A stretch of 64,000 nucleotides of DNA. It comes from Raillietiella orientalis (lineage: Eukaryota). The position numbers were made by a program, and so were the translations under genes. Below are positions 49,726 through 61,467 of the stretch, in pieces. A model generated the notes under the pieces. It saw only the letters and a program-made list of their open reading frames with translations. It ran no database searches and was not told where the DNA came from. Location of the stretch: contig JAYWIR010000030.1 of assembly GCA_036172245.1 (NCBI GenBank), positions 1,116,001 through 1,180,000 of the forward strand. The letters run 5' to 3'. Every line of letters begins with the position of its first letter. Position 1 is the stretch's first letter.

Positions 49726-52700
49726 GGGACAACCGGGATGGAGTGTGTATTCCCTTCGGGATTTCTCTACCAAGCGTAAGAGAACACGGACTCCTCCCTC
49801 CGGAGCCTCCTGGATCTATAGGGTGACCCTGGGGAGACAACCAGCACCCTCCCTTAGGTGGCGTGGGCAGTGTTGAAGGGCGTCGTCACGAACCCCCTCC
49901 CTTGAGGAGGCGAACGGTTCTTCAACACTCGGCGTACCATAAAGAGGCAAAAAAAAAAAAAAACTGGAAGGAAAGCAGCGAAAACCGAAGAACCCCAAAG
50001 GATTTCCGCCTTAATCTGAACATGGCAGTTGGACCGCTGCTCCTGGATGAATCCCGCAGCGCAAGGGTGCAGTTTCAGTCAATGCCTTTAGTAAAAGGCG
50101 AAAGAATTGTACGCCGGAATGGGGGCCGGAGCCAACGCCTTCAGCGCAAATGAAGATACGCGATGACGACAGCCGGCGATGTTTTCTGGCTTCGTGGATG
50201 TCGGGCATCATCCATCCCCAAGTCATGGAATCCAACTGGGGCGAACTCGGCACGTGGACTGCTCCAACAGAAAGGTTCTCTTGTTCTACGTTGGATGTTT
50301 GCGTGAGAGATGAGCAACTCTGGTTCCCTTTATTGAGCATCCAGGAGGAAGAGGAAAACACTTTAGCGGAACTGGATATTATCTCATTCGATCGGTGTTC
50401 AACACTTCATCCAATGATGCGTATTAGCTAAGGCTTTTTTTTTCTTCTTCTTCTTCATTTTTTGCCTTCTACGTTACGTTTCCTCGTTTTCTCATTCATT
50501 CAGAATTCATGGATGTCTCTCATCGGTGACAGATTCGTTTCTCCATCTCAAGGTTTCCTACTTCCGTTCAGACAGAGGGATGGGGTACTGCACTTTGGAC
50601 CAACTTCCAAAGCCAGGAACTCTGTGGACGATTTGGCTTCCCTTTACGAATTCATAGGCCTACAAAGGACCCTGTTCCATTTGTGTGGGCAATGGCTCCG
50701 AGAAGAATGCTCCGAGAATCCAGTTTACGAGGAAAACATGTGAAGACGCGAACAGTCCGGGAAAATAATCGAATCCACTGGCGAAAATCGTGCGATGCAA
50801 CTCGACTGAAAAATCATCCTTGATGACGGCTCGTTTGCTTCTCACGAAAGCCTCTTGTTGCCGTAAATGAGTGCGTGCTTCATTGTCCTACGTTTTTTTT
50901 TTTTTTCTTTTTCTTTTACGAATTTTCAATTTTTCATCAGCAGAGCTCTTGCAGCCTGCGCAGCCGTTTCGTGTCGGAGCGTTTAGTGCGCGAAACTGCC
51001 GCTAGTGCGGATCGGGCGCGCGATTTCAGACCCCCGTGAAGAAGTGGGAAAGCAAATCAACCCCATCGGAAGGAACACGGCATGTCGATTTTGCTTTCTG
51101 TTACCGTGGGCATCCAATTAGGCTCCATAAATATTCAAGAGCTCCAGTGGAACGGTATATGGAATTACACACGAAACGGCTTATCGACTGTCGCATCTCA
51201 TGAATGCGTCGCACACGTTGCTTTCCGGAAGTTCTGAACACACAAAGACGTTTCCTTTTCGATGGAAGCTGCTTTTTACCTCAACACAGAGATCTCTGTG
51301 TATTCCAAGTTTTTCCTAATTGCGTCAATGTTAAGAAAACAAAAAAAGAAAAAGGAGAGGAGACACCATCTTCGTCCGTCCCCATTTTGAACACTTCCTG
51401 GGATTTTGGAGGTCCACCCGTCACAGGTGGTGTCCCATCCTGCGTTTCCGGCACGCATCCCGGGCGTACTGTACGTTCGAGTACATTATTTCGTTTCTGA
51501 TCCACTCCTCCTCCTTCGTGGGAATCTTCGATTTTCACTTCATCACTCTTTAGATCCCAGCGACCCTACTAAAAATGCTTTCAGGGTAGCGGGCACTCCT
51601 CTAGAAGGGAAACGGACAGTCAGTCCTTGGTACTTTCTCTCCTGTTTCCGTCTTTCCTCTTTCAGAGCCGTTGATGAATTTCCTGAGGACAAGCGACGTC
51701 CCCTTTTGATTGCCTTCTTTTCCTCCCTGGAGCACTGGAGCTGTGCTCCGCTTCGAGTCTGTTTCCAGAACAGTTGGGCTGGGAGACCACCGACTCCCAG
51801 TGCTCCAGGACAACCCATCGCAACTCCCCGTAGGTTTTCTCAGGACGCGGACCCGAAGATTCTTTCCCATCTTTCTCATGAGATCCAGAGATCCACGCCG
51901 TCTCTGGTGGACGAAGCCCAAACAGAAGGTTCGGTGATGCCTCACGGATGAGCCTTTAATACGAGAGCCGGAGGCGTCTGCATACGGGAAACGTCCCGAA
52001 GTCCGATGCTGCCCGAAGTCGGAGGTGATCTTCCTTTGATCCTGGTGGTGGTTGCGGTGGGCGTGTCAGCTTACCTTAGCAATGGCATTAAACGTGATAT
52101 CTTTATTGAAGAAACCTTTTTGTTACTGTTGCTGATCCACATGGGATAAACTTGCGTGGATGACTCGAGCTTGAAATGTTTTGTGTTCAAACCAATCATT
52201 TTGTGTAATGTCATCTTTAAAATGATAATAAATAATAAAGAAGATAGACTGAAGTAAGGAAAAGTGTAGAACGGAGAGAGTCGAATCGATGCTGACATCC
52301 ATTTTAAGAATCTTTAAGCGCTTTTCATTTTTATAATTTTAATTATAAAAATATGAAAATTCATCTAATGTAAATCAAGCTGCTTATTTTCTTTCTGCCT
52401 GGCATTAGATTGGGCTTGAGGCGATGATGTGATCTGGGGTGTATCTCTCTCAAACGCCCATCTCACTTGGACTCGTCCTGGCGTTTGCCTTCTCACCGTC
52501 CCGCGCATTCATGAGGGGGTCTCCGATGGGAGTCCGCGTGGTCATCCTCGCCTCCAGCCTCATCCTGGTTCCCATCGCCATCTCGCATCTGGTGACCTCG
52601 CCGCCCAAACGCATTTGGTGTCGTTGCCCGGTGGAGCAGCTTTGGGGATTTTGTTTTAACCCTGCTGTTCGGTGCGCACGAAGTACGCCTTTCCACCTCG

Positions 52701-55700
52701 TCGCAGGCTTCCGGATTTATTTTATCCTGAAGGAAACTCCAGCGTTTTCGATTACCTGGAATTTTAATCAGGCGTTCTCCATCATCCAATCGAGTCCCCT
52801 CATGAGATGTAAAAGGGAAGCTTCTTTGAAAGTGACGCCGGTCAGCGAAAAGTCGACACGGTAAGCCTGGGAGTTACGGGAAGACCAAGGCGTGACCAAG
52901 GTGATCACCACGGGAGAGTGATAGTCATCCCAAGCTATGGATCGCCGCTTGAAACGGGCTGTGTTCGGATCTCCGGGTGTGGTCCTCGGAAGGAGTTGAA
53001 CGGAAGCTCCTGAATGCATGCTACAAGAAGGCATGGCAGATTCCTTGGAATCTGGAAGGATTGCGGACGCGATGATATCCAGTTTTCACGCTTCGTTTGT
53101 CTACGCACGTAAAGCACGGAAACCTCACCACTCGGTCTCTGCTTCCATCAGCGGTGAGCCGTCCACGAAAGCTCATTTTTCCGACACCGCTGACAAAATT
53201 TTCGTCGACCCGAGCAAATCGAAGCAAATCGGAAATAACCGCGGCAGACTCCATTTCAAGCAAAGGATCGCGTGGGTTAACCGAAGAATGGTCGTTACGA
53301 TCCTCCAGGAGTGCTTTGCCATTTGCAAGCCCTCCTGAAGAACTCGTCCCGTCTCAGCAAGGCAACGAAGAGCCTGCAAACTCCGCAAGTCTGAGTGCTG
53401 AGCTACTTGGGAAGGAAGAACGACAAGGGATGTCTCGGGACGCGTCGCCGAACTCTGGTGAAAGTGGTGGATCGTCGCAAAAAGATGCCAATTCCTCCTT
53501 TTCCCAGCACACCCTGAAGCCCTGGGACTTGCCGCGGGCGAACGGCAGCTTCCACTCAGTCTTCGATCGAACGTGGCAAAGGCACAGGAAGGAACAGTTC
53601 GTGTGAAACGTCGTTTTCTTGGTCACATATTCACAAGAAGTGTTTTTTTTTTTTTGCATATGCAAACATATGCGGAAAAAAAAAAAACACACGTCCGGGT
53701 TTCGTTCTGCCCAAAGAAAATGATTAGGTAGTGGATGCTTAGAATGAGAAAGTATACATCCAGAAAGAAAAAAAAAAAAAAAACGGTCATGACGTCAAAA
53801 TGCCTCATAATTCAGGGTCTCCAGGATGCGGAATGCATTTCTTACATCCATGTGTCGCAGAGATCTTCCTGACTGCAAAGATGTATCCAGGGATGATCTG
53901 GAGCTTTTCAGAGAGCTGAGCTGAGTTTTCCTGGAGCTTTCCCGTGATTTTCATAGACGAACGCGCGAAGAAAGGTCACCACAGAGACGCAAGAGTTTCC
54001 GAGGCCTTCACTCCTTCTCCTTGGAATGATTTCTTCTTTGAATTCTCAGGCAGGAGCTACCAGCTGACTTTAAACCTCGCTTCCTCCTCCGAAGATGTAG
54101 GTCAAACCCGGGAGCAAAGTTTACCAAATCATCCAATGAGTCAAGAGGACCAGGGCTGAAGGTACAGATCAGGGATGCTCTCCTCTTCTGCAAGGCACAT
54201 TTTTCAACGCAAGCTCAGCGCTTTCTCTCTCGCGGGGAGCAGCTTCATTAAGTGGAATTAGGCTCGGAGGAAGTTCTCTTCGGGAACGAATTTCGCTCAG
54301 TCTAATGGGGGAGACAATAGCAGATTCCCATCTGGATGGCGCTTTGCGTCTTGTAACTTCGTCCTGTGCTTCGGAAGTGCTGGTTTCTTCGAGGGATTCC
54401 CCGACATCCTATTGAACGTGTCTATTCTTTCCTCTATTTATTTGCCATGCTGCAAGTTTTGTTCGTAAGTCGACTCCTTCCTCATATGTGCTGGACCTTC
54501 GGATAATTCTCTCCTCGGACTTCTCAGCTTCCAGAGGTTTCCAACCAGCGTCCGTTAGATCGCTGCTCCAGCAGCAGCAGCATCTGCGAACGAAGAGGGG
54601 AAAAATTGCCTTTTGAAGGAACAAACACGGAGGGTCTCTCATGTGAACTTTGACTCGGGAATCGCGCAGTCTTTTCACACTCCGCCATGTTGCATTGGTT
54701 CAGCTTCGATCTTCGAAATTCGGAAAACTGGTTTGTAAAATAATGAAATACATTTCCAAAACAAACGTAGGTACAGAAAACCGTCGTTACCTGCGGAAGG
54801 AGAGTAGAAAGCCAGGAATGAAGGAGGAAATCGATACGGGTTACTGGTCAGGGTAGTGGCTCTCAAGCTGTTTGGATACCCATCGCATTTTCGTCTCATG
54901 ATTTACAGGTCACTCTTCGTGTTCCGAAGACCAGGCATCGACCTACAGCACGAGACAGTTTACACTCAAGCATGCAAGTGACCCATATTTCCTCGAAGGT
55001 CCAACACATGCTTTATAATCTCTTTTGAGGTCTGCCTGCTCAAGGTACGCATGTTTGTCTTCATTTGGTCAGTTTTAAAAACCGAGTCCCTTTTTTTTTT
55101 TTTTTTTTTTTGCCTGATAGAATCTTGAGGAGTTTCTGAAAGAGTCCTCCTAGCACGTCGGATTCCAAAACAGAATCCTCGAATCTTCAAAGGAATTGGA
55201 TTTTTCTTAAAAAAAAAAAATTTCGAAAATACGGTCGATTGCCATTCTTTGTACCATAAACAGCTTCAGCTGTACCTAAAGCTGTTCCCCTTAGACTCTC
55301 TGAAGCATTTGAAGTCTTCAAACGAGTCTTCGACGCGATTTTCGGCTTGCGATTTTGCGATCCGTAACATTTGGAACAGCAGAGAACGGGTTCTTCTGTT
55401 TCCCATCCGCAAGCATCATAGTTACTTCGTGATCCACGATTTTGGTGATCTAGTGTCCGATCGCATATCACGACACGTACATCTTCCGTGTGGAGACCTT
55501 GAGGAAGATCCGCTATCGATGCTCATCAAGTTAGATACTTTTTGACATCTTCAGATGGATTACGTAGAAGTCACTTGCATCCTTCGCTCGAGTGGCTCCC
55601 ACGTTCAGCCGCCAAATGAGCCCAGAGTGGGCTGATGCCTATCATGAAAAGATCCGGGGCTGAAGTTGGGAGTTTCCGTGTTCCGAGCCTTAGAGTCTTG

Positions 55701-58631
55701 GATGCAATACTGCTTGCGCATCTGTGAGTGCGGTTGCCAGCGAGTCCGCAGAATCCTTTGCACACACGTGTTGTGGTGGCTGCGCATGGGAAAAGGGATA
55801 CCCTTGTCGTCGAACACGCAAAAAAAAAAACGCAATGAGTTTCAAGTTATTCCTCCCTTAACAAAAGAGAAGCACGGGAGGTCTTGAAATGTGCGTTGCA
55901 GCTGCCTGGCTATGACTTTGATGGAGGTTGCAAAAGAAAAGTAGAGCGCCCAAAAGCGTTTCCGGTGTCGATTACCGTAATTAAAGAGTAGAACTTGCGT
56001 ACGGTACTGCTAACAGCGACCACAAAACCTTGTCGCCAGCTTCTTTTCCCACAACGCTTGCTCCTAGACCTCATAACCTACCACAGAGGCGTTTCCGAGA
56101 GGCTTGTCGAGCATTTCACTTCGTAAGGAACTCCGCTTTCCAAAGAAATCTTCACTGATGCTTGCAAGCTGGCGATGTCAAGAAGTTCTTCAAGATTTCA
56201 GAGAGACCTTTTCGCGGTTTGCCGATTTGCTTTGGAACCTTTCCGGTCACCCAGATTCACGACATCCGGTCTCGAAACTCCGATGGCACTTGCGTTTCGA
56301 CCGACCAAAAGTCTTCCGGAACGACAGAGCCTCCTCCGTGCTGGCTGCTCCCTCCCTCTTCCACGGGAAAGCGTCTCTTCAGCTTGTTTGGAAGCACACA
56401 ACATCGTGCGTGTCTTTCCACGAGCCGCGTGCACTTAGGACGCTCTCATCTTTACATCGCATGGGTTCCGTGTTTGCGTCTTCCGGAAACATTCCCTTGT
56501 TTGCCTTTGTAATTTATTTGATGTTTAAGTTGTTTGCACAGAGCTGTTTGCCTTTCTTGTGGTAGGGAATCGGAATTGTGTTGCCTCACTTTTGTCGTTC
56601 TCACTTTTCTGATCATTGCTTTTGTCAGTTTTTCCCTTTCCGTTCTGTCGGTCTGGCCTTTGAAGAAGCCTGATGAAGCAAGACCATCCTAAACAGATGG
56701 CTGATTCGAAGTGGAAAACAAAGTCAAGGGAGAGTGGCGAAGCCACGTCAAAAATGATTGAGGAAATAGAGGAGAGAAAACCAGAGCTGCTCGAGAACAC
56801 GCCAAGTGTTCTCAAGCAGCTTCTTCAAGTGCCTTGTCTTACTATCCACCAGATGAGTCCTGTGAGGATAATGGGAAGAGAGGAAGTTGTAGCCTAGCCA
56901 GAGTTTTTGAGGGCACCTATGCGTTCTGAGAAGTAGAGGCTTGGAGCTCACCCTGTTTTTCCCCAGAGAAGTCCCTCAGCGTTTGCTTGCTTTGCCTTCT
57001 GCTTAGCAGTGACGCTCCGTTCGGTGGAAGTGTTCGGCCCACAATGAGAACCAAGCGAGCACCTTTACTTTCAACTCTGAGAATCGGAGGAAAGTGCAAA
57101 AAGGCTGAAAGAGATGCTTAAGACTCGTTCCAGTTTACAGGGCTTCTTGATGCTAGTGCACCTTATCATGGCTTACTACCGCTGCGTTCCTTGCTTCTTT
57201 TATACACACTGAGAAATATTGTGGCACACTTTCCTCCTCGTTTATCGAATGCTGTTATGAATGACTGTCGACAGAGTCCCTAAGGGCAAACTTCGTTTCG
57301 CCATCCGCTGATCTAAATGGGGAGTTCCCGGCGTGATTGGTACCGTCGCCTCGTATGTCTCGCACACGTCTTTCGTTCGATTCCTACGCTTTATTTATGG
57401 TGGTGGTGGTGTATAGGGACGGTCACTACTGGGTATCTGCCCTCTCCAGACGTCGCCGGTGTTGCTTTCCCATTACGTTCCAGAATCCGTTTTTCACACT
57501 CCTCAGAGAATGTACCTTGGGGATTCCGTTCGCCGGTAACCAATACCAGCTGACTGATAAGTCATAGGAATAGTATTCGGGATCAGACCTTTTCAGATCT
57601 GTGAGTCCTGCTTTCCCAGTTAGCCTGAATTTTTGTTGACCCGTTTCATGACAGGAAGCTTAGCCAATGCAGCTTATGAGACCAGATGATCGCTTGATAT
57701 TCCTGTTCGACTGTAGTATCCTGATGCTTGGATGGTAAGAAACACACATTTCTTCTATCACATCCCTTTTGTTTAGTTCACCACACCTATGTGCATATCC
57801 ACCCGTGCCCTCCTTCGAGATCCGAAGACATGATTGTCATGGGAGAATGTTTCTTTCTTGAATTCGCTCTTGATTATGCCTCAGTTTGCTCCCAACGTAT
57901 GAAGTTTCAGAGTAAGCAGGATATAGCTCTGTCAAAGAAAGCAAATCTTCGTGCCAACTTTAATCGACCGAATTCCGGATCGTTCCAAGCTCATTACAAG
58001 GGAGCGTTCACCTCTTTCTCTTTATTGCATCTCGTCCCCATGACTCACTCTCGAATCACTGGTTGAATGTGCTAATGCTTTCCAGTCCATCTTTCCTTAG
58101 TCACGCTCGCTTCGTCTACAGAGCGGGTTAGACCAGCCTTTGGCTACCTTTTGGAGTGCAAAAAATTCTCGTTTCCAGAAGATTCCAACCCCATCTTTGT
58201 CATTCACGTTGAAAACTATGGGACTCGAGACAAGGTGTAACCGTTTTGACTCGGTCAAGGGTCGAAGGCCTTTGCGATGTCACCGAAAAAAAAATGTAAG
58301 ACCGTTATCTTATGAAGTGCGGTACAAGCACATACTAGTGGATTATCCAAACTCGTTAATTCCAATTCCCACAAATCGGACCATGAAAAGTGATTCAAGG
58401 ATGTTGCTACAAATCTAAAAGTAATTATGATTTTAATAGGTTACAAAGAATGGTTTCCGGGAAGTTCCGTTTAGCTGGGGAAAAATTAACATCCTGAAAA
58501 ACGCGAGTTTTAAGAACTCACTTCTCTGCTTTCGCCAGATGAGGAATTCTCCTATCAGATTTCGTCCTAGGAATTCTCAAAAGTATCTACATTTTATGCT
58601 GGAAGACGTATGGTAAATACTCTGAAACAGT

Positions 58632-58935
58632 ATAGGCTGTGAGAATGGCACACTATCCCTAAGCTGCTTCCCCAAACAAACAGTCACTTTCCTGACAGCC
58701 ATTCCAATTCCTGATAGCATTTTGGCTTTTGTAAACAGAAAAAGCCAAGATCACAGTTTTGCTCTTATTAGCACCAAAAGTCCTCTATTTTGTAGATTAA
58801 ACATTTTCCCACATTACTCATTTGGCCAAATGAATAATAAACAGCACACAGCTTTCTCAATGCATTCTTGAAAGAATCAGAGCTGCTTGCATGAGAGTTC
58901 ATGCTTAGGGATAGTGTGCTATTCTCACAGTCTAT
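58632..58935. mobile_element. Candidate MITE (~300 bp, 33-bp terminal inverted repeats, possible TA target duplication)
   Basis: ATAGGCTGTGAGAATGGCACACTATCCCTAAGC (58632-58664) matches the reverse complement of 58903-58935 at 31/33 positions. No internal coding capacity recognised. Confidence 0.5.
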
Positions 58936-61005
58936 TCCCCTAATACATGGCAACATTCTCTTGTACTGTCACTACAGGTTTTTCTAGTAACAATCTGGAA
59001 CCAATATTTTTTGCAAGTCAAGAGCAAAAAGGTTGTATTTTCATTTTACCAACTAATGCTTCTGAGCTGTCTCAGGTAAGACTAGGATTTGCCAATACAA
59101 ATGGCCATACTATCCAGTAGTATCCGACTTAACTTACTATTTCAGAGAGCATCGGCATTAAAATCTAATTTTTTTAAATAAGACTAAACGTTTCTAGCAT
59201 CTTCACATATAACACATATATACCAACTGGCATAATGCAAAAGTTTGGACATGGAAAGATTATGCAAATTGGTGTTGGTTGAACCTCACATGACATTGTT
59301 GCAATTTTCTCGATTTATTCCGATGAGTGCATACTATACCTCATTCAGTGGAAATTTCATTCAGCATGAAAATCTGGCATCCTTTTTTCATAGAGGATCA
59401 AATACGTTATCAGAAAGTAATGATTATCTCCTTTTGAAACCAAAGCAATCTGGAAGCTAAGAAACCTATTTTATTTGGTGTCCACTATTGACAAATTTAT
59501 CCTGGACAAAATATTGTTTTCCAAACTACGAAAACAGTTTCTGACCAGAACTTCTGTGGCTCACTGTGTGAATCATGCTTTCAAATTATCATGCATCCAG
59601 CTACACATGGTATTTTGCATACTAATGGTATATAAAGCAAACATTTTTCAAAAATAATGTCACAAAAGCTTGCTTTCCAGCAAGGCAAAACACACGTGCT
59701 CAGTACTGCTTGTACAAATTGTATTAGAAGACATGATTATGCTTCCTACTGAAAAGCAGATTCTTCATTATACACAGATTACCTAACAGTCATGATAAGT
59801 GCTTTCAGTTCTGATTTTAAATTTCAAGACACCATGGCTGAATCATATTTACATCAGAAACATGGTATTGAGTCATATGAGTAAAATTATTCACATGCTC
59901 TGTGAATTTTCTCCTACTCTCAATCTTCATTTTTAAAGAATCAACTATTATTTTGAACTTGTTGTTAAAACGTTAACTTCATTCATTTTCACCATTATGG
60001 CTTATTTGAATACCGGGAAATTTCCAAGTTTATTAGAATAGAAAATACAGAATATAATCGTGGAGTAAGTCTTCCAATTAAAGTGTACCACAATCTTCGG
60101 TCACTTTTCTTCGTGATGGCAACCATTCTTTTAATGCATCAGTGCTCCTTTCAACCGGGTCATGCAGAAATCATTTGTTTGGGTGTTGGAAAAACTGCTG
60201 CTTTCAGTTAAGCAAACTAACAAACCAAAACTTACAAAGTGATGTAGGAAATCCGCAGAATTTCAGCAATTGCGATGCCATGCAATTTGAGTAAGAATTA
60301 ATTTACTTTTGTCAAGGGGACAGGCAGTAATTTTTTTCACAGTAGTTTTGCCACTGAGCTACCACTCGGAAAATGGCAGAGACTTTCCCAAAGTTTCCAG
60401 GCAAGTAAAGTGAACCCAGTGTTTGGACAACGGGATAATGCGACACACTTGCCAAGTTCACATGGACGTTTTTACTGGATCCAAATGATGGCTGCGGCCA
60501 CATCCAGAATCGAAAGAGATACGCTGTGAGTCCTCAGGAGATGAAAAACGTTGGCAACTTCCTGGTGGTTTCGTGGATTTTCAAGTCAATTTGATTTTCA
60601 ATTTATACTAATCATGCAAGTGCCATTCCAATGAGTTGTTTTCAGCTGAGGATTAGAAACAATCGATGGTGTTTTTTTTTTTTTTTTTTTCATGCAAACA
60701 GTTGTGAATTCATTTCATCATTAGTCATGTTGGAAAGTGAAGTCTTCTGATATTACTGCCAATCGCAGGTTGTCATATAACTAATGACTAGAATACTCTG
60801 GCAATTGTTTGAATCCTCCGAAATTCCTATTCCTGTTCGAAAGACACTGATTTGCAATGCTGAGGCAAGAGCCGAAAAGCAGCCAATTCGAGATTGGAGA
60901 GGGAAGGAGACCGCTGGAAAAGCAGCTACACTCGTGGCAAATTACAAAAATCCAAAACACTCAAGACAAACTAACCGACTAGCTGACTGCGACGTGATCT
61001 TACAG

Positions 61006-61467
61006 ATGATGGATGAAGAAAACGATGGGCAGGTTTCGCAACCTCCTCCACTGTTTGAAAGCACAAAAAGATACGATACACAAAAGCGAGACTACCTTGC
61101 AATCGAATTCTTCCGTCACGTTGCGTGTGACTTTGTCAAAGTACCCTACTCTGCCAGCGAACCCATCAATCCCCACATTCAGAATATTGCTAGTCTAGTA
61201 GGCAGCAACGTCCCCATTGCCCAGTCTCCAGCTGTAGTGGAAGTGAAAGCCCGAGTTTCCTCCTCCCAAACGCTCTCGGAACGCAGACCTCGTCTGAAAT
61301 ACGTGGAAGCCTCTAAGAGACGTCGGTACTATGGCTGGAGGATGAAATGTAGCTTCTGCGGCACTTCTTTCCTGTGGAAAAAGAAAGAAGCTGCTCACAA
61401 AGGCGAAGGTCTCCGTCCAGATAGCAAGGATGTCTCAAAGCTTCTAGAGACAAATGAGGGACGCTAG
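61006..61467 (+). CDS. Hypothetical protein exon with a degenerate C2H2-like motif
   Basis: Lies within a 227-codon ORF. Branch-like CTGAC and TTACAG acceptor immediately precede ATGATG; contains MKCSFCGTSFLWKKKEAAH. No family recognised. Confidence 0.3.
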   Translation: MMDEENDGQVSQPPPLFESTKRYDTQKRDYLAIEFFRHVACDFVKVPYSASEPINPHIQNIASLVGSNVPIAQSPAVVEVKARVSSSQTLSERRPRLKYVEASKRRRYYGWRMKCSFCGTSFLWKKKEAAHKGEGLRPDSKDVSKLLETNEGR

